A DNA stretch of 64,000 nt from an uncultured Oscillospiraceae bacterium (lineage in GTDB: Bacteria > Bacillota > Clostridia > Oscillospirales > Oscillospiraceae), in the NCBI GenBank assembly GCA_902497145.1, contig CABVDR010000004.1, forward strand, positions 15,459 through 79,458, given 5' to 3'. The notes under the pieces are model-generated. The model saw nothing but the letters and a program-made list of their open reading frames with translations. It did no database searches and was not told the DNA's origin. Each line of letters opens with the position of its first letter. The stretch's first letter is position 1. Both the position numbers and the translations under genes were made by a program. Shown here in pieces: positions 29,115 to 37,585 of this stretch.

Positions 29115-29648
29115 TTACACATGTTTGCCCATCTCATAGGCGGCAGTCAGCTTTTCCTGAGCCATCTCTCCGGGGTCGTTGGCGTTGCCGCCCCGGACTA
29201 CACCGGCCAGTTTGGCCTGCTCAAAACAGTCAATCCAGCCCTCCAGACCATGTACCGGGCCGTCTGAGGCACTGTCATCCTCCGCAGAGGCGGTGAGCAG
29301 GTAGATGTCCCGGAACTGGTAGTCGGCGGAGTAGAGGGGGTTGGCCCGATCCAGCAGGGTCTTCATCTGGCCGGACATCTCGTAATAGTAGACCGGGGTG
29401 GCAAAGCAGATAACCTCTGCGGCCCCCATTTTTTCCGCGATGGCGTTGGCATCATCCTGAATGACGCAGCGGGGTGCCTTCAGACAGGCCATGCAGCCGT
29501 TGCAGAACTGCAGGTTCTTGCCCCGCAGGGAGATCACCTCCACACAATGGCCGGCCTCCCGGGCACCTTGGGCGAATTGCTGAGCCAGCAGGTCGGAGTT
29601 GCTGTTCTGCCGCAGGCTGGTAGAGATCACTAAAACGTTTTTACTCAT
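29115..29648 (-). CDS. Iron-sulfur flavoprotein / NADPH-dependent FMN reductase family
   Basis: TSLR..SNS, CNGCMAC...C, TPVYYYEMSGQMKTLLDR. Confidence 0.88.
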   Translation of the reverse strand: MSKNVLVISTSLRQNSNSDLLAQQFAQGAREAGHCVEVISLRGKNLQFCNGCMACLKAPRCVIQDDANAIAEKMGAAEVICFATPVYYYEMSGQMKTLLDRANPLYSADYQFRDIYLLTASAEDDSASDGPVHGLEGWIDCFEQAKLAGVVRGGNANDPGEMAQEKLTAAYEMGKHV

Positions 29649-29919
29649 TGTATATCCTCCTTGCTTGGCGGTGGCTGGGGGCACAATGCCCATGACCGCA
29701 CTTCCATATGTGTTTCTAATCTAATTGTATCACTGACCTAAGTGGATAACAAATATCGATATATAATATAGATCTATATGTAAAATCTATATAATTCGCG
29801 TGCAATTAGTTCTTGGGAGATGGACATTGGGATGGTCTGGCGGTGCGAGATAATTCTTTCTGCGCTGCTCTGTACACGGTGAAAATTCCAGCCAGAATGA
29901 GGAACGAAAAGAATGTGCC

Positions 29920-30288
29920 TCATCCTTGATCTTCTCCGCTTTGTTGTGTTTTCCGGATCTCATGACGCAGGTAATCCAGACGCTGGAGCTGGTGCTCTTT
30001 GAAATGGATCTCGTCCAGTGCGGCGCGGCGTTTTTGCTCCAACATCTCCAGGCGCTGGAGGCAGGAATCCTCGCACTCCAGCAGCAGGCGCATGTATGTC
30101 TTTACCTCTTCGGTAGTAAAGCCAATGTCATGGAGAGTCATGATAATGCTCAGCCGCTCCAGATCCGTGTCATCGTACTGCCAGGCACCCATGACCTGCT
30201 TTACGGCTCCGCACAGTCCCCAGCTCTCATACTCCTGCAAGATGTTTATGGGGATCTGATAGCGTTCGCTCGCCTCTAGGATCGTCAT
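29920..30288 (-). CDS. MerR family regulator
   Basis: MTILEAS..Y.I....L..YE.WGL, YDDTDLERL, L..IGF, coiled-coil tail. Confidence 0.85.
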   Translation of the reverse strand: MTILEASERYQIPINILQEYESWGLCGAVKQVMGAWQYDDTDLERLSIIMTLHDIGFTTEEVKTYMRLLLECEDSCLQRLEMLEQKRRAALDEIHFKEHQLQRLDYLRHEIRKTQQSGEDQG

Positions 30289-30308
30289 GATGTTCCTCCC
30301 AAAATGAA

Positions 30309-30343
30309 AGAATGCAGATGTCTGATCAGGACATCTGCATTCT
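30309..30343 (-). promoter_or_regulatory. 14-bp inverted repeat upstream of merR (terminator, attenuator or operator)
   Basis: AGAATGCAGATGTC-tgatcag-GACATCTGCATTCT; followed on the minus strand by a T-rich run and the RBS. Confidence 0.6.
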
Positions 30344-30484
30344 AAAACAAAGCAGTTATAATGTCTAATGCTCATTTTGAATAATCAAAAATAGATGTTA
30401 GGCATTTCTGATGTGCTCCGTCGGAGCGGACTGTGCTCTTTGTTGAGTTGTTGGGAAAGTTCCATAGAACAATTTGAGCCCCAC

Positions 30485-31438
30485 TCAACCGATGGAGTGC
30501 TTGTAGACCCGCTTCTCCAGAGCAAAGATCCGGTTGCTGAACTCTCCCTCCTCCAGCTTGTCAAACGCCTCCCGGTAAATTTCCATCCGGCTGTCGATCT
30601 GATCAATGTAGGACAAAAGCTCACTTTCTGCGCAGATGGGACGTACTGCTGCTCCGTACTCCGGCTCCCCGTGGTGGGAGAGCACTAGATGCTGCAGCAG
30701 AACGGACTTCTCCTCCGGAAGATTCAGCTCCCGGGCGACCTGTCCTACCTCTTGAGCACCCATCACCAGATGGCCCAGCAGCTGCCCCTTCATGGAGTAG
30801 CCGGTCACCAGACCCAGTTCAGAGCGGGCAAATTCCGTCTCCTTTTGCAGATCGTGGGCAAAGGTGCCGGCGATCAGCAGACTGCGGTCCACGGTATCGG
30901 AGTAGAGCCCGGCAAGAAAGTCGGCCATCTTCATCATGTTCCCGGTGTGCATCAGAAGGCCGTTGAGAAAGCCGTGGTGCACACTTTTGGCGGCGGGGAT
31001 TTGCTGGAACGTCTCCTTGTGACGGCGGAACAGCTCAAGAGCGATGCGCTTGTAGTCCTCATCTTGGATGGAGTTCAGCAGCTCCAACACGTTGGAGAGG
31101 GCGAGGTCCGCATCAATGGGGGCGACCGGGACCAGCGCGGCGACGTCATAGTGGTCCGTTTGATCCGTCAGCCGGATGCTCTCGATGGTCACCTGAGAGG
31201 CCCCACGGAACTCTGTTACGGTACCCTGGATTTTGACTACCTTTCCCTCGTCTGCGGCATTGATGGGGCCGGGGTAGTCCCATACCTTGGCCTCCATGGA
31301 TCCGGAGGCGTCGGAGAGGGTGGCGTTCAGAAAGGGCTTGCCGTTGGCGGTGACCTTAGGATAGGCCCCCTTTAAAATATAAAAACCTTCTACCTCGTCG
31401 CCAATCTCCATATTGCGGATTGCTTTGTTGTATTCCAT
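30485..31438 (-). CDS. yhaM: 3'-5' exoribonuclease YhaM/CBF1 family (OB fold + HD)
   Basis: N-terminal OB fold; PAAKSVHH, GLLMHT, HD, GHL, SHHG. Confidence 0.85.
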   Translation of the reverse strand: MEYNKAIRNMEIGDEVEGFYILKGAYPKVTANGKPFLNATLSDASGSMEAKVWDYPGPINAADEGKVVKIQGTVTEFRGASQVTIESIRLTDQTDHYDVAALVPVAPIDADLALSNVLELLNSIQDEDYKRIALELFRRHKETFQQIPAAKSVHHGFLNGLLMHTGNMMKMADFLAGLYSDTVDRSLLIAGTFAHDLQKETEFARSELGLVTGYSMKGQLLGHLVMGAQEVGQVARELNLPEEKSVLLQHLVLSHHGEPEYGAAVRPICAESELLSYIDQIDSRMEIYREAFDKLEEGEFSNRIFALEKRVYKHSIG

Positions 31439-31580
31439 CGTAATATCCTCCTATTTGAAGCGAACTGTATGTTGATTCATGTGTTCTATCCCACACTCTG
31501 AGCCACGGTGCTCGAAGAGCGATTGGTCAAGGGCGGGGCAGAACAGCCTGTCCCCGCCTTGGCCACAGGGCAGCTGTTAA

Positions 31581-31609
31581 ATGATACCATTGAAATGCGC
31601 TGTCGTCAA
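31581..31609 (-). promoter_or_regulatory. Sigma-A promoter of yhaM
   Basis: TTGACG, 17 nt, TGnTATCAT on the minus strand. Confidence 0.65.
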
Positions 31610-31847
31610 AGCCTCAAATTGGAAAAGGTTTCGGTCTGCTTCAAGGGGGAGGATTCGTTGCCTGTTCGGCGGGGCCCCATATCATGATTCTATCATCATG
31701 CAGAAGGAGCGGGATATTTGCTGTTTCAGTGGAAATAGCCCGTCTTAATTTTCGGATTCAGTGATGTATTTCGGACCGGTAAAATGTTAAGATATGTTTG
31801 TAGCAAAAAGGAAACACGCTGTGAAGTCCAGCTGTGAGGTGATTGAG

Positions 31848-31976
31848 ATGGATGTAAAAACCCGGATCAAGACCATACATTTGATGGATATGCTCCAGAA
31901 AAAACCTGTCTATGCGGAGAACCTGGGGCTTGAAGTCACACTGAAAAAGGCCAGCCCTGAGAAAATGGAACCATAG
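31848..31976 (+). CDS. Small hypothetical protein (42 aa)
   Basis: RBS GAGGTG, and its own terminator at 31989-32019. Confidence 0.55.
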   Translation: MDVKTRIKTIHLMDMLQKKPVYAENLGLEVTLKKASPEKMEP

Positions 31977-32069
31977 GCAGTCCTGCTGGGGGCCTCACAG
32001 AGATGGGAGGCCCCTTTTTGTAAAAGAGAAAGAGAGAATTGCATTTTAATGCGAGGAAAGGAGAAGAGT

Positions 32070-33014
32070 GTGGTGAGCTACTATGATGAACAGCTGCGTC
32101 TTTTGCAGGATCAGTGCGCCAGAAAGAAAAAGCTGAAGGCAGCCCGGCGTGAATTGCATCGCCAGCGTGATACCCTGACCGGGCAGGTAGAGGAGCTCAA
32201 GCAGGTCATGGTAGAGGAACAGGAGGATGTGGATCGGCTGGAGGGCCGCAGCCTTGCGGCATTTTTCTACCATGTTGTTGGAAAAATGGACGAGAAACTG
32301 ACAGAGGAACGGCAGGAGGCCTATGCGGCCAAAGTGAAATATGACGCCGCAGCCAGGGAGCTGGCAGGCGTGGAAATGGACTTGCAGCGGTGTGAGTCGG
32401 AGCTGGACAGACTGCAGGGATGTGAAGCCCGATATCAGGCTGTTTTGGACGGAAAAATCCAGGCGGTTAAAAATCAGGGCGGAGAGACGGCAGCCAAGAT
32501 TCTGCAGATGGAGGAGCGTGCCGCCTATCTGGAGATCCAGAAAAAGGAACTTCGAGAGGCGATGGAGGCCGGAAATGCCGCACTCTCCAGCACAGATCAG
32601 ATTTTATCCAGCCTGGACAGTGCGGAGGGATGGGGTACCTTGGACTTATTTGGCGGAGGGCTGATCAGCGACCTGGCCAAACATGGACACCTTGACGATG
32701 CCCAGGAGGCGGTGGAGCGTCTGCAATCCCAGCTCCGGGCTTTTAAAACGGAGCTGGCCGATGTGACCATCAACGCTGATCTTCAGGTGAGTATCGATGG
32801 ATTTCTTCGTTTTGCCGACTATTTCTTTGACGGCTTGCTTGCCGACTGGACTGTGTTGGACCAGATCCACCAGTCCCAGGATCAGGTGCAGGCGACCCGA
32901 ACCCAGATCTGCAGCGTGTTAGACCATCTGCGCACGATGATGGCCGACGCAGATCGGGAAATAGCAGCCAATCAAAATGAGATGGAAACCCTGGTACATA
33001 GCGTGCCGATGTAG
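32070..33014 (+). CDS. Coiled-coil hypothetical protein
   Basis: Long heptad repeats, SAEGWGTLDLFGGG and FADYFFDGL motifs; RBS AGGAG before GTG (alternative ATG at 32049). Confidence 0.85.
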   Translation: MVSYYDEQLRLLQDQCARKKKLKAARRELHRQRDTLTGQVEELKQVMVEEQEDVDRLEGRSLAAFFYHVVGKMDEKLTEERQEAYAAKVKYDAAARELAGVEMDLQRCESELDRLQGCEARYQAVLDGKIQAVKNQGGETAAKILQMEERAAYLEIQKKELREAMEAGNAALSSTDQILSSLDSAEGWGTLDLFGGGLISDLAKHGHLDDAQEAVERLQSQLRAFKTELADVTINADLQVSIDGFLRFADYFFDGLLADWTVLDQIHQSQDQVQATRTQICSVLDHLRTMMADADREIAANQNEMETLVHSVPM

Positions 33015-33047
33015 TCAATACAATACCGACAGAAGGGAGACAAGAAT

Positions 33048-33224
33048 GTGAGCGGGGAAACTGACATACAGGGGACTTTTAAGCTCTGGATCAACTGGAC
33101 AGATCATATTGTATCGTTTCAACGGGTGGAAAAAGGAAGCTTTGAGGCGCTGGAGTTTCCCACCAATGAGGAACGCTTTGCCTATGTATTTGATCACTGT
33201 GCAACGGGATTTCGGATCCAGTAA
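33048..33224 (+). CDS. Small hypothetical protein (58 aa, absent from the ORF track)
   Basis: RBS AAGGGAG, GTG start, MSGETDIQGTFKLWINWTDHIVSF...GFRIQ; terminator right after the stop. Confidence 0.65.
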   Translation: MSGETDIQGTFKLWINWTDHIVSFQRVEKGSFEALEFPTNEERFAYVFDHCATGFRIQ

Positions 33225-33229
33225 TGAAT

Positions 33230-33268
33230 GCAGAAAGCCGCAGACCGATTTGGCCTGCGGCTTTTTGC
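33230..33268. terminator. Terminator between convergent genes
   Basis: GCAGAAAGCCGCAG...CTGCGGCTTTTTGC. Confidence 0.75.
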
Positions 33269-33321
33269 GGAGGGAAACGCAATCAGAGAAGCGGAAAGTT
33301 AGAGCGGTCCGATGGGCCTTG

Positions 33322-34563
33322 TTACCGCCGTACCCACTTGCCAAAGAGCGTCTTTTTATAGTGTCTTAATTCCTCTTTGACTTCTACATAATCGCCGGCC
33401 TTCTGAAGATATTCCACACCCTTTGCAATGTTCTTTGGAACACCCAGGCCGTTGCAGTACATCTTTCCCAGAAGATAAAACGCGTGAGGGCAGTCCCAGT
33501 CGATCCGATTCAGATAAGTAAAGGCCTTGGCGTAGTCCTGCTGGGTCCCCTGGCCGTTGGCGTAGCAGGCACCCAGATAGTAAAGCATGGCCGGACCGCC
33601 GTGGTCCTCCGCCCACTTGAGCAGCTGAAAGGCCTTGGCGTAATCCCGCTCCACGCCGCGCCCGTCATAGTAGCACATGCCCAATCGGTTAGCAGGGTTT
33701 ACTTTTTCCTGGATCGGCGCCGAGAGTGCCTGCTGATAATATTGGGCGGCCCTGGCGTTGTCCTTGGGTACTCCCTCCCCCAGCTCATAGGAGTAGCCCG
33801 CCCAGAAGAAGGCCCGGGGCTCCCCCGCCTCCGCCGCCCTGCGGTAGAGGTCAAAGGCCTCCCCCTTGTTTTCCTGGTCATAGAGCTCGTTGGCATAGTA
33901 GAAGAAGTAACTGGGATACCCCTTCTCCGCCCCATAGCGGTACACCTCGATGGCTTTCTCCGGCCGGGGAGAGATCAGCCCCGTTTTCCCCTCCCGATAG
34001 AAATTGGCCAGGTTGACGCCGCCGCTGGCGAGGCCGCTGCGCAGGGACCTCCACAGCCATTCCTCGCACTTAGCGTAATTCTCCCGCAGATAGCTTTGAA
34101 CCGCATCGTCGCTGTCGAAATCCTCCCGGGTCTTGCCCTCGATTTCCGGAAAATCGCCCCAGTAGTACGCATTGCCGATGATCATCTGACACAGAGGCTC
34201 CCCGTGCTCCGCCTTGTCCAGCACGGTATCAAAGGCCTCCTGGAAAGTCAGAGGCATGGCCTGGGCCAGCTTCCGGTTCATTACTCCGCAGCGCAGGGAC
34301 AGCAGCGTCCCGATGGCGCTGCCCTCCAGCACGGAGCGTCGCATCAGCTCATCCCCCGCCTGCTCATCCACAGGGAAATTGTGCCCCGGCCAAGTGTACT
34401 CCGGCCCGTACAGGCACCGGGCCAGCAGACAGCAGGCGTCCGCATCCCCGTCCTGCGCGGCCTGCTGAAGCAGCTGGAAGCCCTCCTGGCCCCGGCGGGC
34501 GCGCAGGTCGTAGTAAATGTACTTCAAAGCCAGTTCTACCGGGTCGCTGAAAAACCGTCCCAT
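33322..34563 (-). CDS. Sel1-repeat protein (copy 1)
   Basis: Repeated LG..Y..G.GV..D..KA units. Confidence 0.9.
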   Translation of the reverse strand: MGRFFSDPVELALKYIYYDLRARRGQEGFQLLQQAAQDGDADACCLLARCLYGPEYTWPGHNFPVDEQAGDELMRRSVLEGSAIGTLLSLRCGVMNRKLAQAMPLTFQEAFDTVLDKAEHGEPLCQMIIGNAYYWGDFPEIEGKTREDFDSDDAVQSYLRENYAKCEEWLWRSLRSGLASGGVNLANFYREGKTGLISPRPEKAIEVYRYGAEKGYPSYFFYYANELYDQENKGEAFDLYRRAAEAGEPRAFFWAGYSYELGEGVPKDNARAAQYYQQALSAPIQEKVNPANRLGMCYYDGRGVERDYAKAFQLLKWAEDHGGPAMLYYLGACYANGQGTQQDYAKAFTYLNRIDWDCPHAFYLLGKMYCNGLGVPKNIAKGVEYLQKAGDYVEVKEELRHYKKTLFGKWVRR

Positions 34564-34604
34564 AGATATGACCTCCTTCCACCGCATCAAATCTGATCAG
34601 TAAG

Positions 34605-34943
34605 CTACATCACTTCTTTTAGATTCTTCTTTGCATCTGGGTTGTTTTGGATGATAACCCCTACCGTTTGGCAGTTCTCCAGCTCCGGACAGCCGCCGCA
34701 GGTGGTCACGCCCTTTTTTAAAGCGCACTGACGGATGTCACACAGGTGTTCGCAGAATACCGTCTTGACTCCATCTCCTCGACATCCCAGACAATTGATA
34801 TGCTCCGGCAGGATTGGCGTCTGATTCAGTGCAGCCCACAGCTTGGCTGTCTTCTCCCGCAGTACTTGGTCGTCATGGATCGTGGCTCGATAGGCATCAC
34901 ACACCTCACAGTCTAACCCACAGCATCCAATTCTCTCTTTCAT
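34605..34943 (-). CDS. Cys-rich DUF3795-like protein
   Basis: CCGLDC..C, C.GCR, C...C.IRQC, CGGCP...C. Confidence 0.8.
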   Translation of the reverse strand: MKERIGCCGLDCEVCDAYRATIHDDQVLREKTAKLWAALNQTPILPEHINCLGCRGDGVKTVFCEHLCDIRQCALKKGVTTCGGCPELENCQTVGVIIQNNPDAKKNLKEVM

Positions 34944-34970
34944 CGTGAGACACCTCCCCATTTTTAGCTT

Positions 34971-36656
34971 TCAAAGCTCCGTCTCCCGAAACCCGGAGAC
35001 ATCCAGGCCTCTATGATAGTAAGCATTCGAGAAATAGGCTATGACATCCTGCACATCAGGAGTCATCCACTCCCACAAAAGGGGGCCGCTCGGATCAGAG
35101 CAACCGATCTCCACCGCATACATTCCGGTGTCCGGTCCTTCCAGGGCCATCGCACACTGGATAAACCAGGATTGGTCCGGATTTTGTGGGTCCTTCTGCT
35201 CTAAAATCAAGAAGCTGTCCGTCTCCTGGCTCAACTCCCGCAGATTTTCCTCAATATCTGTCCAGCTTAGGTCAGATGTGCTACCCGTATAGCCTCCCAC
35301 AGTCAGAAGCCAGGGCCAGCCTCGGTGAGGCTGGGGCGGAGTGGGGACAGGCCCCCTGTTCGGACGCTCCATCACCTGCTGCCAGGTGCGGCCGGAGCGC
35401 TCCATTTTTGTCCAGTTCTCCAAGGAGGGGATCTCTCCCCGAAGCCAGCCCCTCAGGACATCTTCCGCCTCGCCGGCGGCTACATCCCGGGTCCAGGCGT
35501 ATTGTCCGGGCACGCCGGGCGTGCCGGAGTACTCCTCCATCAGAATGCGGGTGGGCTGTGCCGCGCCGCCAGCTAGGCAGGCCAAACGGCTGAAGGTGTG
35601 TCCCTCCCCCTGGATGGGGATGCCGGGCACCAGCTGGAAGGGAACCGTCTCTCCCTTCTGATTGGGCTGGCGCAGCAGCTGATAGATGGTGTCCCAGGTA
35701 ATGCGGGAGGTCACGGAGCCGTCCGGCAGAGTGAGCACCTGGTTCTGGGCCAGCCGCTCTTGCTCCTTTCGCTCCCGCTGCTCAAACTGGGCTTTCCGCT
35801 GGCGGTAGGCCCGCTCCTGGGCGTACTGCTGTTCCTCCTCTTTTGCATAGAGCAGATTCTGGTACTCCTTGGAGTCATAGACCCCAAACACAGCAGCGGG
35901 GGCCCGCCGCCGCAGGCAGTCCATGGCCTGCTCCACTTCCTGCTTGCTGCGCAGGGAGGTAACCTGCAGCTCACGGCGGTCATCTACGATCCGGATTTCA
36001 TAGGTGTAAGTGACCTGGGTGCGTTTGCCCGCGCGGCGGATATGCTGCTCTACCCGGCTGAATACGCCCCGGATGCGGGAAATGCGGGAGACAGCGTCCC
36101 CCAGCACCCACTCCTTGCCCACGCCCAGCTTGCCGCACCACTGACCGTTCTGCTTTAAGTCCTGATCCACCATGGCGAATAGCTTCTTTACCGGGGGCGC
36201 TTCGTCCGGGTAGGGAAGTTGGTCACGGATGGACTGGGCCAGGGCGCTCTTTTCCGGGACCAGGGCATCCCGCAGGCTTCGGTAGGCCAGGAAGATACCC
36301 ACCAGAATGGCACCTGCTCCCGCCACAGGAATCAGGTAGTAGCCGAAACTCATCTCTTCTTTTAACCGCTCCGCCTCGTAGGGCATGGACTGGGCCGTCA
36401 GGAAAAGCCAGATGGCCAGTCCGCCCCCAATCAGGAAGATGGCTGCCCAGAGCAGCCCGGTAAGCCGTCCATGGGTCCGCTGGAGGCAGTAACCCTCCTC
36501 CGGTCCATCCGGCTGTTGTTTCTTGTTCCACCACATGATCAGGAGAATCACCGGGATGGCAAAGATGCGCAGAACTACCACCAAAACAATATAGACCACT
36601 ACATTCCAGGGCCATTTGAGATAAAAACGTTTTTTTGGAGATTCCTTTGATTCCAT
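34971..36656 (-). CDS. Hypothetical membrane protein with large cytoplasmic C-terminus
   Basis: 3-4 N-terminal TM segments, coiled coil, two similar C-terminal domains; RBS GGAGG. Confidence 0.8.
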   Translation of the reverse strand: MESKESPKKRFYLKWPWNVVVYIVLVVVLRIFAIPVILLIMWWNKKQQPDGPEEGYCLQRTHGRLTGLLWAAIFLIGGGLAIWLFLTAQSMPYEAERLKEEMSFGYYLIPVAGAGAILVGIFLAYRSLRDALVPEKSALAQSIRDQLPYPDEAPPVKKLFAMVDQDLKQNGQWCGKLGVGKEWVLGDAVSRISRIRGVFSRVEQHIRRAGKRTQVTYTYEIRIVDDRRELQVTSLRSKQEVEQAMDCLRRRAPAAVFGVYDSKEYQNLLYAKEEEQQYAQERAYRQRKAQFEQRERKEQERLAQNQVLTLPDGSVTSRITWDTIYQLLRQPNQKGETVPFQLVPGIPIQGEGHTFSRLACLAGGAAQPTRILMEEYSGTPGVPGQYAWTRDVAAGEAEDVLRGWLRGEIPSLENWTKMERSGRTWQQVMERPNRGPVPTPPQPHRGWPWLLTVGGYTGSTSDLSWTDIEENLRELSQETDSFLILEQKDPQNPDQSWFIQCAMALEGPDTGMYAVEIGCSDPSGPLLWEWMTPDVQDVIAYFSNAYYHRGLDVSGFRETEL

Positions 36657-36846
36657 GATATCTTCCTCCCGTTGTTTAAACCGTTCCGAGTAAAAAAACG
36701 GCATATTTTAAATCCCGCAGCTCATGTGGAGCACCATGAGCCAAGTAGAATTATACCATAACAGCACATGCACGGAAAAGTATTTTTATACAAATGGCAT
36801 GACCCGGGGTGCCTGATGCGCGAGTGAAATGGGGAAATGAGCGAGG

Positions 36847-36892
36847 ATTAAACCAACAGTTTAATGACAAAGAAAGCACTGGGGATTATGAT
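36847..36892 (+). promoter_or_regulatory. Palindromic operator overlapping a sigma-A-like promoter
   Basis: ATTAAAC-caaca-GTTTAAT (36847-36865); ATGACA (36864-36869), 17 nt, TATGAT (36887-36892). Confidence 0.6.
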
Positions 36893-36925
36893 AAGCCCAA
36901 CAAGAATCAAAGGGAGGTAGAACAA

Positions 36926-37558
36926 ATGAACCTGAAGGATGCGTTTCGGGTGCAGAATAAACTCCAGTCCGTTGTGTCCGAAGCCATGGACATCCTGGAG
37001 GATCACCGGAATATTGTCAAGGTAAAGACCACCCACCTGCGCAGCAGGGTCATGGACGATGCCCAAGACCTGGTTGTGGAAGAGAATGCCCCCAGCGAGT
37101 ACGCCGGCCATGCCAACGCGATTGCGGCGTTTCTTATGGCCATGATGGAGGAGCGGGAGAAGCTCAGCCAGGCCATTCGAAACGCCAAAGGCAAGCTGAC
37201 ACTGGATCTGGACAGCGAAGTGGGGCTCAACCGGCAGCGGCAGGCGCTGGCCCGGGTTTTCCGCGGCATGACCACCTTGCGCAATAGCGAAAAGATTATT
37301 ACAGACGGCGGAACCGGATACCGGTTTAACGGCGAGGGAAATCAGGTGGCGTATCGCTGTGACGCCAAGCAGGTGGTCACCATTGATTTTGACCGAAATA
37401 AGATCCGTGCCCTGGCCTCCTCTCTGGGGCAGAAATCTGATGCCCTCTCCATGGAAATGGACAAGTGCCTGGTCAATACGGAGGTGGACTATGTGCTGCC
37501 CTTTGACCTCAACGACAGCTTTGACACCATCCTGACCGACTTTATGGAACGGCAGTGA
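36926..37558 (+). CDS. Hypothetical helical protein (210 aa), remote DIP1984/DUF6847-like layout
   Basis: RBS GGGAGG; MNLKDAFR.QNKL start, long helices, beta-hairpin GTGYRFNGEGNQVAY, end TIDFDR...NTEV. The ORF is solid; the family link is inference. Confidence 0.8.
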   Translation: MNLKDAFRVQNKLQSVVSEAMDILEDHRNIVKVKTTHLRSRVMDDAQDLVVEENAPSEYAGHANAIAAFLMAMMEEREKLSQAIRNAKGKLTLDLDSEVGLNRQRQALARVFRGMTTLRNSEKIITDGGTGYRFNGEGNQVAYRCDAKQVVTIDFDRNKIRALASSLGQKSDALSMEMDKCLVNTEVDYVLPFDLNDSFDTILTDFMERQ

Positions 37559-37585
37559 CGGCCGAAACACCAGAATAAAAGAAAG

